The notes below the pieces were generated by a model. That model saw only the letters and a list, made by a program, of their open reading frames with translations. It was not told where the DNA came from and ran no database searches. Below, piece by piece: positions 44,400 through 56,302 of a stretch of DNA of 64,000 nucleotides (the first letter of the stretch is position 1; each line of letters begins with the position of its first letter). The position numbers were made by a program, and so were the translations under genes. The stretch lies in NCBI GenBank assembly GCA_965215885.1, contig CBDCEW010000095.1, forward strand, positions 32,001 through 96,000, written 5' to 3'. This DNA is from Candidatus Moanibacter sp. (GTDB lineage Bacteria; Verrucomicrobiota; Verrucomicrobiia; Opitutales; UBA2987).

Positions 44400-46271
44400 C
44401 GGCCTGACAAGATCGAGCAGGAAAAGGGCCTCAAGCGGTGGGCGCGATCAAGCTTCTGGCTGGATGACCGCTACACGACCAACGCCGAAGAAAAGCTGCC
44501 GGAAACATGGGTACCGGGAAATCGGCCAAACCTTAACCAGATGCACGCGAAAGCGGCTGCGGAGATCGACAGGGACGTTGTGAAGGCACCTCTGATCGAC
44601 GAAATCGGCAGAGCAAAGGAATTGACCCGTGGCGCATCGACAAGCGGAGTGCGGACCCACACCCTGCCATACAAGCCGAAGGACGTGGAGGATGACGGCG
44701 AGTTTCACTATGTCATCCTCGGCCCAGACGCGGCCTCCGAATCGGGCAAGCCAAGCCCGGAGGCAACACGCTTCCTCAACGAAACAACGAGCTCGGAGAA
44801 ACCTCGTGTCTTCCGCAATGCCGTGATCCTGCTGACTCCAACCAAAGACGGTGTCGAGCTCGCCAGGAATGCGATCCGCGACTACCTCGCTTGGGAGCAG
44901 GTCCGCACTGAACTCAAGGATGAGGAAGACGGTGGCCAGGTCGATGTGGCGCGGATGCAGACGCTGCTAATTCGGGTGAGAGAATCGCAGGGCAAAATCG
45001 CCAACGCGATCTATCAGGCCTACAGCACGGTTGTCACCGTAACCGAGAAGAACGAAATTCAGGCGTTCAGGATTTCCATCAGCGACGATCCCCATTTCCA
45101 GATCGTCAAGAACGACCAACGCTCACGCATCAAGGACAGTGCCATCAACGCGGAGTCACTGTTGCCGGGCGGCCCCTACGACTTGTGGACCGATGGCCAG
45201 ACGGCGAAACGCGTCAAGGATCTCACGGGCGCATTCGCGCAATTGCCGCGTCTCCCGAAGATGCTCAAGGCAGAGACGATTCTCGATACGCTGGTCGACG
45301 GATGCCGGCAGGGAGCATTCGTCTTGAAACTGACCCGCCCCGACGGGTCGAAGCGGACATGGTGGTTGAGCGAACCGGATGAAAACGCGCGGAAGGACGC
45401 GGCCCTGGATCTCGTTCTTCCCGAGTCGGTGGATTTGGCGGAAATCGACCCAGCCTTGGTCGCCAAAGACGGCTTGGCCGGACTCTGGACAAGCGACGAG
45501 ATCACCGTCCAGGACGCGCTCGCCTACTTCGAGGGAGGCAAAGTCGTCCAGATGAAGAAGGGCGACTATGAAGAGCCAATGATGATCCCAAAGGCCGGGA
45601 AAGCGGTCGTCCAGGAGGCGGTGAAACAGGCCGTGCAAAAGGGCAAGGTCTGGCTGGTTTCCGGGCCGACGAGCATTTATGGTGAGGAGGTTGCTCCGGG
45701 TATTCTCACGGCTGGTGCAGTGCTGTTGCCGCCACCTGAACCAGTAAGCGTCACCGAGATTCTACCCGAAGTGATTCCTGACGTATGGACGAATGTAGAG
45801 ACGACCGCCCTCGCGATTGCGACCGCGCTCTCGCAAAAGGCTGGCAAGACGCTCCCGTGGAAGACCGTGGCCGATGTGATCAACCAAGCAATCAACAATC
45901 GCTACCTGATACTGTCGGAAGACTCCGGCCAGTGGCCCTGCGACTTCTCGGGCGCTGGCAAGGTTGCATTAGAAGAGGCCAAGCAGGAGCCCATTAAGCC
46001 AGATGAAGTCCATGAAGGATCTTCAGGGCGAATCGCTGCCGTGTCGGTAACGTGTGAAGAAGCCCAAGCCCTTCTCGACGCCTTGGCCTATGAGGCCATC
46101 CCAGCTCTGCTGGAGATCAAAGCGAAAACGAGAATCGGGGTGAAGGTGACCGTTGGAATCGAACACGACCCGGAAACGAGCGAGATGACCGAGGAGGCTG
46201 CCGGAGAGATCGGAGACGCCGCAAAGTCGGCGTCCGATGATTTCAGGATTCTCTTCGAACAGAAAAACTAA
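44400..46271 (+). pseudogene. DUF499-type AAA+ ATPase, C-terminal half
   Basis: FWLDD..W..GNRPNL.QMH, PRVFRNAVILL, FAQLPRLPKML; no Walker A, so the N-terminus is lost. Confidence 0.6.
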
Positions 46272-46425
46272 GACCCCTTGGCCCCCTCCGATTTGCAACA
46301 GATTTGCCAATTTGTTTTCAAAAAGCTGCATTTAGCGTCACTTTGTAGCAGCGTTCGATTTTCACAAGTTGCTCATTAGTAACAATAAATGAAAATAGGT
46401 GCGACATTAGGAAATCTAAAATCGA

Positions 46426-46446
46426 GTTCGACTCCCGCCACCTCCA
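46426..46446 (+). repeat. attR (duplicated tmRNA 3' end)
   Basis: Identical to 11369-11389. Confidence 0.9.
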
Positions 46447-46564
46447 GGCTTCGACACTCGCTGCGCTCCTGTCGAAGCCTGTCACGGCGTAGAGCGCGCA
46501 GCGCCCGAAGCCGGACCGAATCAAAATGAAGAAATCGAGCGCTCCCACTACGCCCTGGCAAGCC

Positions 46565-46819
46565 ATGAAAACAGAAAAGTTTCATTACGTTTATATTCTC
46601 GTTTCCGAACAGAACCACCGACAGCATTACACCGGAATCACGGACGACTTGAAAACCCGCCTGCAGAAACACAATGAAGGTGGAACTCCACACACCGAGA
46701 AGTATCGACCATGGAAGATCGAGACAGCAATCGCCTTCACATCCCGTTCTAAAGCAGTTGCTTTTGAAAAACATCTAAAGACCCACTCCGGCCGATCTTT
46801 CGCCCGAAGGCATTTCTAA
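46565..46819 (+). CDS. Short GIY-YIG nuclease
   Basis: YVYIL..HYTG.T.DL..RL..HN.G..AFEKHLKTHSGR. Confidence 0.9.
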   Translation: MKTEKFHYVYILVSEQNHRQHYTGITDDLKTRLQKHNEGGTPHTEKYRPWKIETAIAFTSRSKAVAFEKHLKTHSGRSFARRHF

Positions 46820-47079
46820 TCCTCCCCAGTCCCTGGCGCCTCATCTGGTATGCCGCCTTCTTAGAAAAAGCACCGGCCTGGAGATTCGAAAGACTACTTG
46901 AAGATCGGTTCAGGCTGGCACTTTCAAAACCGCCAAATCTGTCTCGACAGTTGAGTCCATAACGCCGGAAAGATAGCCAGAATCAGCCCAGCACCCGCCC
47001 GGACATTTCACATACATCGTGGCGAGGTAAAATGATGATCAATGTTGATAACGGCATTGCTGCAATACAGTATTGCACC

Positions 47080-47331
47080 ATGGCAGTAGTAATACCTATG
47101 AGCAAACGAGGCACTGTAACTTTGCCTCCTGACCTTCGGCGGCGTCTTGGTCTGGATCGTCTCGAAAACCCGATGCTTCTGGCCGAAGAACGGGACGGGA
47201 AACTGGTTCTTGAACCAGCAACGGCTGTACCAGTGCGTGACATCCCGGAATCGACAATCCGGCAGTGGATCGGCGAGGACGAAGCGGCGATGAGCGCGTT
47301 CTCCAGGCCACGGAAGCGGAAAAAGAAGTGA
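47080..47331 (+). CDS. AbrB/MazE-type antitoxin
   Basis: MSKRGTVTLPPDLRRRLGL; followed by an overlapping truncated PIN start. Confidence 0.8.
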   Translation: MAVVIPMSKRGTVTLPPDLRRRLGLDRLENPMLLAEERDGKLVLEPATAVPVRDIPESTIRQWIGEDEAAMSAFSRPRKRKKK

Positions 47332-47402
47332 GGGTGTTTCTCGACGCCAGCGTCTTGCTGTCGGCATCGCTTCTGAGTGCGCCGGTTAAAGCGGGTGGTT
47401 AG
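47328..47402 (+). pseudogene. PIN (VapC-like) toxin stub
   Basis: MRVFLDASVLLSAS, then a stop after 24 codons. Confidence 0.6.
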
Positions 47403-47446
47403 CTCATTTCTTGATTTTCCGCTCGATTAATGCCATAATTATATAA

Positions 47447-47653
47447 ATGAAGACAGAAGTAATTGCTTCGAATCCGGAAGTTCTCGGAGTTATACCGGTG
47501 TTCCGAGGAACTCGTGTCCCGGTCAAGAATCTGATCGATTACCTTGAAGGGGGACACGACATTCAGGAATTTCTGGACGATTTTCCATCGGTCCAGAAAC
47601 AGCAGGTGATTGAGGCTCTCGAAGCTGCAAAGAGTGAGCTTCTGACTACTTGA
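47447..47653 (+). CDS. DUF433 antitoxin-like protein
   Basis: NPEVLGVIPVFRGTRVPV..FLDDFPSV. Confidence 0.88.
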   Translation: MKTEVIASNPEVLGVIPVFRGTRVPVKNLIDYLEGGHDIQEFLDDFPSVQKQQVIEALEAAKSELLTT

Positions 47654-47742
47654 AGGTAACCTGTCAACATTCCGTGAGACACAGGCAAACATTGTCATCC
47701 TTGCGCATATTGAACCTGTGCCCGGAAAGGTTTATCGCAGTC

Positions 47743-48011
47743 TAGACAAACCGGGAAAGAGCAGCGATTTCAGAAACGGATAAAAGGACGGCAACGGATT
47801 TTTCTGAGAGGTGCCGATAACAGCTAATTTATCATGGGGCCGAATTGCGCGGAAGTGAAAATCGCAAGTCTTATCCGTTAGACAAACCGGGAAAGAGCAG
47901 CGATTTCAGAAACGGATAAAAGGACGGCAACGGATTTTTCTGAGAGGTGCCGATAACAGCTAATTTATCATGGGGCCGAATCCGGAAGTGAAAATCGCAA
48001 GTCTTATCCGT
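47743..48011 (+). repeat. Tandem duplication, ~136-bp unit x2
   Basis: TAGACAAACCGGGAAAG...CTTATCCGT begins at 47743 and 47879, with one small indel difference. Confidence 0.9.
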
Positions 48012-48420
48012 TGCCGTGCTTTAATCCGTTGCCAGAATCCTCCCGTAAAATTGTACCAAATGATTCTGACTTCCTCTCCCCTCTTTGTCCCGGCTACAGG
48101 GCACGCTCATCGATCACCCTTATGCAGTCCGTTGCCCGTGGTCGGTTGGGCGGGTATATTACCTGTCCCTAATTTGCCTCCCTTTCGCGCTTTTTCGCGT
48201 GGTTAGCGGGCAATTCCCTTCCTTGGTGTCCCTCATGCACACCGATCACAGTACCTGATTTGCAGGGGAAGCCGCATCCTGGACAGCACGATTCAAACGA
48301 TCTACTTCGGTGGATGGATTTGGTCGATATACTGTTGCCGCTACTTCGCATCCACTTCCTCCTCTCCGAGTAAACCAGCGGGGATAAAGGGCACCGCGCC
48401 ATCCGCGGTCTCGCCGCAGC

Positions 48421-49443
48421 TCAGAACTGGCTCAGCCGCACCATCCGCTGGGTTTCGACATCCCAAACTTTCAGGCGCAGGCAACGGATCACTTCCAAAG
48501 GGTTCAGCGAGGTCGTCTTCGGCGTCTGCAGTTCCGGCATCTTCCTCATCACTTCGGGCAGCCGGTAAAAGGGAATGCGAGAATTGAGGTGGTGAATGTG
48601 ATGGCAGCCGATATTACCCGTGAACCAAAGCATCACCCTGTTCATTTTCATAAAGCTGGAAGATTCCAGAGCGGCTCCCTCGTAGGTCCAGCCGGCGTTG
48701 TCCTTCAAGGTCACGAGCGGGAAGTTATGCTGGGCATAGAACAGGTAGGACCCGCTCGCGCAGCCGATGAAATGAGGAATGACGAGGGTGAGAAAAAGAG
48801 CGGTCCAGCCGGCGAAAACCACCAATAGAGTGCCGACAGCGATGTGCAAAATGATCGCGACGATCGAGTCAAAGTGTCTCCGCGGGTTACTGACGAAGGG
48901 TTGGATGCACATCCCGAAGATGAAAATGAAGAAATAACCGAAAAAGATCGTGAACGGACTGCGCATGAAGAGATACCTCGCCCGTTCCGCTTTGGACCCC
49001 TCCAGGTAACGCTTCTTGGTCATGATCGGAAAGGAACCGATGTGGGCGCCCCGAAGCTTGGAGTTGTGGGTGTGATGATAATTATGCGAACTCGTCCAGA
49101 TACTGCTCGGGGTGAGTGCGTAGAGGCCGTACAATTTCATCAGGGCGGCGGCTAATCGGGATTTTGGCAGGATAGCGTGATGCTGGTGGTCGTGATAAAT
49201 CACGAACATCCGCACGAGAAGCAGTCCGCAGAGGATGCTGCAAAGCACCCTGCCGAGAATGTGGAAATTCCAAAGGGTACCCGCCATGACGAAGGCGAGC
49301 AGCACTCCCGTGGAAATCACATGCCACCAACTCTCGGCCGTGAAATCCCGCGCGAATTCCTTCGTCGCAAGAATAAGTTGCTTACCCTCTCTCACTTTAA
49401 TCCGGGATTTCCCCATATGATGCGTATGAATCGTTGAAGTCAT
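48421..49443 (-). CDS. Membrane fatty acid desaturase
   Basis: His boxes HDHQH, HNYHH and HHIHH; start uncertain (49416-49482). Confidence 0.92.
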   Translation of the reverse strand: MTSTIHTHHMGKSRIKVREGKQLILATKEFARDFTAESWWHVISTGVLLAFVMAGTLWNFHILGRVLCSILCGLLLVRMFVIYHDHQHHAILPKSRLAAALMKLYGLYALTPSSIWTSSHNYHHTHNSKLRGAHIGSFPIMTKKRYLEGSKAERARYLFMRSPFTIFFGYFFIFIFGMCIQPFVSNPRRHFDSIVAIILHIAVGTLLVVFAGWTALFLTLVIPHFIGCASGSYLFYAQHNFPLVTLKDNAGWTYEGAALESSSFMKMNRVMLWFTGNIGCHHIHHLNSRIPFYRLPEVMRKMPELQTPKTTSLNPLEVIRCLRLKVWDVETQRMVRLSQF

Positions 49444-50145
49444 CCACCTTTGGATCTTTCGAGTGTTTTTACCTCCTTTCAATTCGCTTTCGCAATTGTT
49501 TTTCTTGGTATCTGCCAGTTCAGATCTGTCGCAATGAAACCGACCCGCGCAAACATCTCGTCAGCATGCCACTCTACCTCGGAATGAACGCCGCTCTCGA
49601 CCAAACGTCGTGGTCGACCTTAGAGAAGCCCCTCCAATCGAAGAGAACAGCAGGATTTTCCCTGGTCGACTTAACTACCTCGTTCATCCCGCGCAAGCGC
49701 GGTCCTACCTGCCAGCGACCAGCTTTGCCCCGTTGCCACGTCGGTAACGACGTGGCTGCAAAATAGCTGACCACTGTTTACCGTTTATTTGCTTCACTTT
49801 CATTCTCACTGAATTCCTCTCCCCTAATTGTGCCCTTCTGTTCAGCAGGTTCTTCGACTTTGCGTCTTCTTGACATGGCGTACTCCCGCTTGCGGGTTGA
49901 AGACAGTGTTATGCAACTCCTCTCCCTCCCTATTCGTTGCCCTTCATTTCCCGGCTTGCCGGGACTCACTCTCCCCTTTCACTCGCCCCACTTTCGCGCT
50001 TTTTCGCGTGGTTAGCGGGCAATTCCCTTCTTTGGCGGCGGATATATTACCTGACCCTGGTGCACACCTCCGCTCGGACAGTGGCACGGTTCCGGTAGGC
50101 ACTGTGAATCATGTTAATAACTCCTCCTTGCTCACCGCCACAGTT

Positions 50146-50680
50146 ATGTCGAAAATGCGCCGAATAGACAATCAATCGATTCAAGTTCAATATAACCAGG
50201 GACTGGAGTCGCTGGAGAGAATACTGTCTAAGGTGCGACGGGCCGGAGATTATTTGTTCACGGCAATGCCGAAGTGCCGATGCCGAAACTCGAAGTGGAA
50301 GGCGCGGGCATCATTTCGTTCCCTGTTCCGGAAGTGCAGGTCCGCCAACTGATCCAACAGGCCGAACGCGCGCCATATGGCCGGGGTGTGGAGACGATTC
50401 TCGACACTTCAGTGCGTAAGGTGTGGCAGTTGCATCCGGCGAAGGTGCGCCTCAGCGGCAAATCGTGGGCAGCGCACCGAAAAGACCAAACCCGTCGACG
50501 CCGAGCTCGTGGCGGATTTGCTCGATGCGCTTGCCCTGCTCGAAGCCGATGCGCTGCGCGAGCGAGCGGCGGCAAGCATTATCGCCCGTGCGGCCGTCTT
50601 CGATCCCGGCAAAGTAGTCGTGCCCGCGCTCACATCGCTGCACGAGCGGAATAGGCCGTCCATTGAGAGCGAAGGCTCCG
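50146..50680 (+). pseudogene. Fragments of a 2OG-Fe(II) oxygenase-like gene
   Basis: LIQQAERAPYGRGVETILDTSVRKVWQL; frameshifted and internally deleted. Confidence 0.5.
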
Positions 50681-51009
50681 TCCCGCCCCGGGTATTTGCG
50701 CGAGGCTGGCATCGAGAATGGCCGACGCCTCTATCCGCGCCAGGAGTTGGTCTCCCTGCCAGTGAGGAAGATCAGGACACCCATGTTTTAAATGAAGTCG
50801 AAATTCGGCACGCGCCGTCTATGTTCAATTCAAGAAGGCTCCCGTTGCGAAGACCATTGATCAATCGGGTGAGAGGTTACAGGTAGCGATTGACCTCGAT
50901 AGAGAAGGTCCTTGGAGATTCGAAGACTACCTGAAGAGCGGCTCAGGCAGGCGCTTTCATTAACGCCCGCGACCCACTCAGGAACTTCATTTGCCTGCCG
51001 ACGTTTGGT

Positions 51010-51243
51010 CTACGTTGCCAATTCTCGAACGTGCGCTATCTCATTCGCGGCAACCGGTCGTACCTGGTCAGCCTCCAGAGTTACTAACGCCGCCGTTTTT
51101 CCAGAAAACGTCACGAACTCTACTTCGTAGGCTCTAGCTCCCGGATAAACATGCACAATCGCTCCGATGTCACCTGACTGGAGACCATGGCTGGGTTCGT
51201 CCAGTGCCAATACGACTATGTCATGCTCCTTAAGCTTCATCAT
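51010..51243 (-). CDS. DUF4926-like protein
   Basis: EHDIVVL..GLQSGDIGAIVHVY..AYEVEF. Confidence 0.8.
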   Translation of the reverse strand: MMKLKEHDIVVLALDEPSHGLQSGDIGAIVHVYPGARAYEVEFVTFSGKTAALVTLEADQVRPVAANEIAHVRELAT

Positions 51244-51583
51244 CTTCCTCCTGAACCGGATATACAGTCACCAGTCTGGGAAATTCCTCATCGATGTCGA
51301 GAATCCATACGCTGCGCACAGTAGGGGCACGGCCATCAGGAGACATCAGAGGTCCCTCGACAACCCATTTCGTGCCAAAAGTAGCCTTATACTCTTCAAC
51401 AACAGGGTTTCTGAGGGCATGCGAGCGAAGGGCATTCGCTAGTTCTTCGGGTCGATCGGGCGCAAAGCCAAAACGGATGAAAAATCGTGCTTTCGAACCC
51501 CCTACCGGGTGAGAGACATCCAAAAGGTAACCACCGATCTTGGCGTCATCGATTCTCGCATTCCTCGCGTCAAATTCGCTCAC
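51230..51583 (-). CDS. DUF6883-like protein (partner of DUF4926)
   Basis: KIGGYLLD..HP.GGSKARFF..GF..SPDGR..VRSVW..PRLVT. Confidence 0.75.
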   Translation of the reverse strand: MSEFDARNARIDDAKIGGYLLDVSHPVGGSKARFFIRFGFAPDRPEELANALRSHALRNPVVEEYKATFGTKWVVEGPLMSPDGRAPTVRSVWILDIDEEFPRLVTVYPVQEEDDEA

Positions 51584-51602
51584 GGTCCTCTTAAACCATC
51601 AG

Positions 51603-51824
51603 CTACGGCTGGACCGTCAGAGGTTCGCCCGCATCAGAGTAATCAGGCTTATCTTTCCCATATGCCCTTTCAAGCAATGCAGCAGATGCGGCAAGAAAAT
51701 CGCCCCTCTCACCGGCCGCTTCCGGAGAAGGAACTTCCAAAACAACCTTGCTTCCCACCGGCAGCTTCAAAGGCTTTTGCAGGACAAGATGCCTGGAATC
51801 CTCTATTTCGGCTTCAATTCGCAT
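51603..51824 (-). CDS. Small antitoxin-like hypothetical protein
   Basis: 73 aa, LERAYGKDKPDYS tail; co-oriented with TA-like genes. Confidence 0.5.
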   Translation of the reverse strand: MRIEAEIEDSRHLVLQKPLKLPVGSKVVLEVPSPEAAGERGDFLAASAALLERAYGKDKPDYSDAGEPLTVQP

Positions 51825-51829
51825 GTAAA

Positions 51830-52048
51830 TCAGGCGCTCGTCAGGCTCTCACATGCGTGCTCCAGAACGGCTTCTACCTGTTCGCGTGAAACTCCGGGAA
51901 ACCATTTAATAAACTCGTCAACCTTCGCTCCATCTTCAAGGTTCTCGAAAAGCGCGGAAACCGGAACGCGGGTTCCCTGAAATATCCAAGCACCGCTAAC
52001 GTTTTGAGGATCGCGTTCTACGGCAGAACACTCCGACCAATCCAGCAT
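51830..52048 (-). CDS. DUF433 antitoxin-like protein
   Basis: DPQNVSGAWIFQGTRVPVSALFENLE..WFPGV. Confidence 0.88.
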   Translation of the reverse strand: MLDWSECSAVERDPQNVSGAWIFQGTRVPVSALFENLEDGAKVDEFIKWFPGVSREQVEAVLEHACESLTSA

Positions 52049-52209
52049 CTGACCAACTTACATCCTAAGTTCAGATTCAGCAAGTGCCCTTTTCCAGATG
52101 TTCCACGCCTCCTCCTAGCCCGATGCAGTCGTGGCGTAGTCGGGCAATACAACCCAAATCTCGGCTTCAGAATCGCAACTCCGCCCGAACCCGCACAAGA
52201 ACCTCCGCT

Positions 52210-52461
52210 ATGTACTACGTTTACCGAATCCAAAGTATCTCACACCGAAAGAGAGATTACTCAGGTTTCACAGAGATCCTTAAGCAGCGTGTAAAAGACC
52301 ACAACGCCGGAAAAATAACCAGCACAAAGGGGCACGGTCCCTCGGAGTTAATCTTCTATTCCGCTTTCGCCCGCCGCAAAGATGCTCTTGCCTTCGAACG
52401 CTACCTCAAGACCGGATCCGGAATCACCTTCGCTCAGAAGCGATTATGGCCTGAACGGTGA
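52210..52461 (+). CDS. Short GIY-YIG nuclease
   Basis: MYYVY..YSGFT..LKQRV..HNAG..AFERYLKTGSG. Confidence 0.85.
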   Translation: MYYVYRIQSISHRKRDYSGFTEILKQRVKDHNAGKITSTKGHGPSELIFYSAFARRKDALAFERYLKTGSGITFAQKRLWPER

Positions 52462-52962
52462 CCCATTCCGGCAGATCATTCGCCCGATGACATCTCTAAT
52501 GTCCTCAGGATTCCGTGGCACCATTGGTCCAATCCTTTCCCACATCCAATTTTCTAAATTGAAGCATTAGGAAGGAAGCGAATTTCTCCATTTCTTCATG
52601 CTCGACGGAATACCCTTCGCAAACCTCGAAAATCGCAGAATCCTCCTCGGCCGAACTGGGAAAAGCATAGATGCGCTCCAAGCCGTGGTCGGCCAATCGG
52701 CCCCCAAAAACCATCAAAAGCGTTGTGCCGCTCCCTCAAGGCGTCCAGCAAACAAAAAAATACAGCAACCGCTTTTCCGGAAGCCTTTGCCAGTTCTTCC
52801 CGCCAGGAGTTGAAAGCCTCCGGTTGGTCCACTAATCCCGTATCGAATGTCGGTTCAATTTTGGGAGGGAAGGGTTCCTGCACTATCGACAGTTGGTCTC
52901 CAACTTGTAGAAAGCCTAATGAAAAGAGACTATTACGGCCTGCCCTCCGATAACCACAATCT

Positions 52963-53604
52963 ATGTTATTCAATTCCTTCCCCTTTCTGCTCGGATTCGC
53001 GCCTATCGTAATCGGCGTTTACTTTCTTCTCGGAAAGCTCGACGAAAAACTCTGGCCGAAGTGTTGGCTAATCTTTTCATCCCTAATCTTCTATGCTTGG
53101 TGGAACCCCCCCTATTTACTCCTCCTGGTCACTTCAATTTCTGTCAATTTTCTCTCAGGAACTCTCATTCACCGAGGGAGAAAGCGAAGACAGATAAGAC
53201 GAAGTCGCGCTGCTGTATTCTTTGGAGTTACCTTCAATCTCGGGGTCCTGGCAGTCTTCAAGTATTATAATTTCTTTATCGAAACGATTCAACCGATAAT
53301 TGGCAGCGAACTGATCTTGCACACATTAATTCTACCACTGGGAATTTCCTTTTTTACCTTCCAGCAGATCACTTACCTGGTCGATCTCTATCAGGAGAAA
53401 ATTCAAATTCACTCGATTCTTGATTTCTCCCTATTTGTTTCCTTTTTTCCACAATTGATCGCTGGCCCGATTGTTCACCACAGCGAAATGATGCCGCAAT
53501 TTCGGCGGAGAGAAACCTTTTCCTTTCATGCAAACAATCTGATTCTCGGATCCTCCTTCTTCACCTTGGGTCTCTTCAAGAAAACCGTACTAGCCCTAAA
53601 ATAA
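52963..53604 (+). pseudogene. MBOAT O-acetyltransferase (AlgI-like), truncated by IS1380
   Basis: MLFNS..SLIFYAWW..LPLGISFFTFQQI..FFPQLIAGPI..GLFKK, ending at the IS end; the 3' half is not found beyond the IS. Confidence 0.88.
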
Positions 53605-55413
53605 GCGCGTTTAAAGGTTGAACAGGAAACTTCGTTATTCCTAACGTTATTTGCCATGCTGGCGGTAGTTTTGCCGCCGCCACCCTTGGGCTGGTTTCAT
53701 GTTTTGCTTTTTTTGAGTCATATCCGTTCTGTTTTAACGTTAGTTCTGTCCCCTTTTTGGGATACGCCGACAGTCCTTCCGTTGTGGCTGTGCGTTCGCG
53801 GTTACTTGATCTGCTACCCAGGCGACATAGATCGGAATCGCTCCCAGGTGCTGATAAAATCTCCCATCCACTCGTTCCAGCTTAAAAGCCGATAAACAAT
53901 TCGGCGCCCGCTTCGGATGATTTGCGCGGGGAGCAAGATGATGGCGTGAAGGAAGCGCCGAAACTCCATCTTCACGATCTCCAACCCCCGCTGGCGGTTG
54001 GGCATGAGTAATCCATACCACGCCTTCAGGTTCCAGGCCAATGCTGTCATTACCATATAGGCCCAATTGCTCAAAAGATCATCCACGGGCATACGCATCG
54101 CATTAACCCCGTTTTTGAGTTGCTCAATAACGTTCTCCTGATCGCAGCGTTGATTCGCAAAGGCGACCACCTGCTCCTTAGTCAGGTCCCTACGATTTGT
54201 GATATAAAAAAAGTAGCGGATCTCATCAAAGAGCACTACTTCGCCCTTTTGCACACTGATGTTCTTACGCACCACCACCATCCGATAGGTCTTTTTGCAC
54301 TTGTTGGGCCGATAGTCCAACTCGGCCACACTTTCTGCCTCCAGCACCTTGTTTTCAAAACCCTTCTGGTGCACGATCCCTTCCTTCACTCGCGGCGCTT
54401 TAGCTCTCGATTCGGTCGCTATTTCATGCTTGGGCAACCGCTCCAGTTCGCTCCAGGCCGTCTCTCTGAACTCCTCGGCCAGTCCCACCACTTTGGGATG
54501 CGCATCCATTCCGAAGATAAATCCCGTTCCTTCTTCATCCCACCGATCGAAGTTTTCTGTCAACGAAAAGTCCGTATCCCCTCGCAAGCAGATTTTCCCC
54601 GCATGCGCACGCACAAGTTCCACCGCCCGATCAATCCACTTTACGCATCCCTCATGGCTAGTCTCATTGCCCGGTCGATTCACCATGTAGAGCACTTCCC
54701 TGGTATTTGCCAAACTCACGATCAGCGGTGCATAGCCCCAGATCCCCTTATAGCTTATTCCCATACCCCCTTTGCACTTCCCTCTCGTCTGCGCTATCGT
54801 CCCGTCCACATCGATGAACGCCTCCTCCATGAATCCTTTTGCCTGCTTGTTCCACACCCCTTGCCGTATCCGGTTGATCCCTTCCATCAATTTTTCGATC
54901 GCGCCTTCATCAAAGCGTCGGGTGAAGTCTCCACTGGTCGTCGGATCCGGTATCCTCTGCGCTCCTAAGGCATTCAGAAAAACCTCGTCCTTGCGGCGCA
55001 ATTCGATGTCTTCGAGCCGGATCCCTCCCAATAATGCGTTGTAGGCTATGTTGAGCACATGATCACTCTCATGATACGGCAGGTGGCGCTTGAGCAACTG
55101 CACGCTCTGGTCGAGCTCTTCCACCAACCCCAGTCTCTTCACCATCAGGTGAATCGCTCCTATCCCTCCACAACTCACCCCTTTGCCTCGTTCGGCCGTC
55201 TCGTAGTGGATGTTGCTCGCTTTGAACATCGGTTTGGCCTGTTCAGGCCAGCCCCGATTTCTAAGCCGATGCTTTATTCTTCTCTTGCTATTGTGGAGGT
55301 TCTTGCGGTATCTTCTTTTCACTCGAAACGTCCTTTTTTTCTGGGTGGTTTTTTTGGTCGATTAACAGTTTTCCCAGTATCTAAGCGCGTTTCGAGCTTT
55401 TTATTGCGTTAGG
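53594..55413 (-). mobile_element. IS1380-family element, transposase 53814-55322
   Basis: PDPTT.GDF.RR, IDVDGT, LRGDTDF, QRCDQENVIEQLK; ends CCTAA../..TTAGG with CTAG at the left junction. Boundaries approximate. Confidence 0.88.
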
Positions 55414-56158
55414 TATATTCCAATCACACTTGTTCGAGGACTAGTCCTCGGACCGAATAGGGTCCCAATAATGATTTCCTCCTTCATCCATCGACCACCG
55501 CAAGGAACAGTGGGACGGCTACTGCACCCGTGGGCATTCTCTTCGAATTTCTCCCACAGTCGGCTTCCCAATCCCCATTCGTTGTACATCCTCCATAGCT
55601 TTAGCGTAGGAGGGCCCTTCATTTCCCGGCCTGCCGGGACTCACTCTCAAAATCCAATGTTCCCTCTCGCTCATTTGGGAGAGCCTTTCGCGCTATTTCG
55701 TGTTGTTAGCGGGCAATTTCCTTCCTTTGCGGCGGATATATCACCTGTCCCTAGTGTACACTCTTTTTGCAAAATGCTTGTCGATTAGCCGGTAGACCAG
55801 CAAGAAATCCTGCCGGATTCCTCTACGCCAAGATTATCCCCTGACTCCTCCCGGTGGGAAGGGACGGTGAAATGATATTGCTTACGGCGATCTCTTGCAC
55901 GACGTCACTGCGGCAGGTGTCGAATTCGAAAAACGGTTGACGGCCATTCTCCTGAATCCTTACGTACGCGCACTTCCTGCGGTTTGATCCCGAGCTCAGC
56001 AACATGAGTAAATCGGCAGAGGTCGCAGACAAGCTCCTCAAGAAACAAGCGTAGCTCGAAGTAATCTTCTTCAGCGAATGACATCGCAACTGGGATCGTA
56101 TCCTATGGCTTCTACATGCATGCCCTAAGACCGCTCCTGCTGAGATAAACAATACTCG

Positions 56159-56302
56159 TCAAGCATCTTCCTCGCTAAGCTTGGCTATTGCCACTGCAAA
56201 GGCTTCAAGATCTCTGAGATCACTTTGAAGCACTTTGTATATGATCTCGTGGTCAATGTCTGCGTAACTCAAACGGGTTGCTAGAATTTCACGATCAACC
56301 AA
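56159..56302 (-). pseudogene. HepT/DUF86 toxin with in-frame internal deletion
   Basis: MVDREILATRLS joined directly to YADIDHEIIYKVLQSDLRDLEAF; the RX4H motif is absent. Confidence 0.65.
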
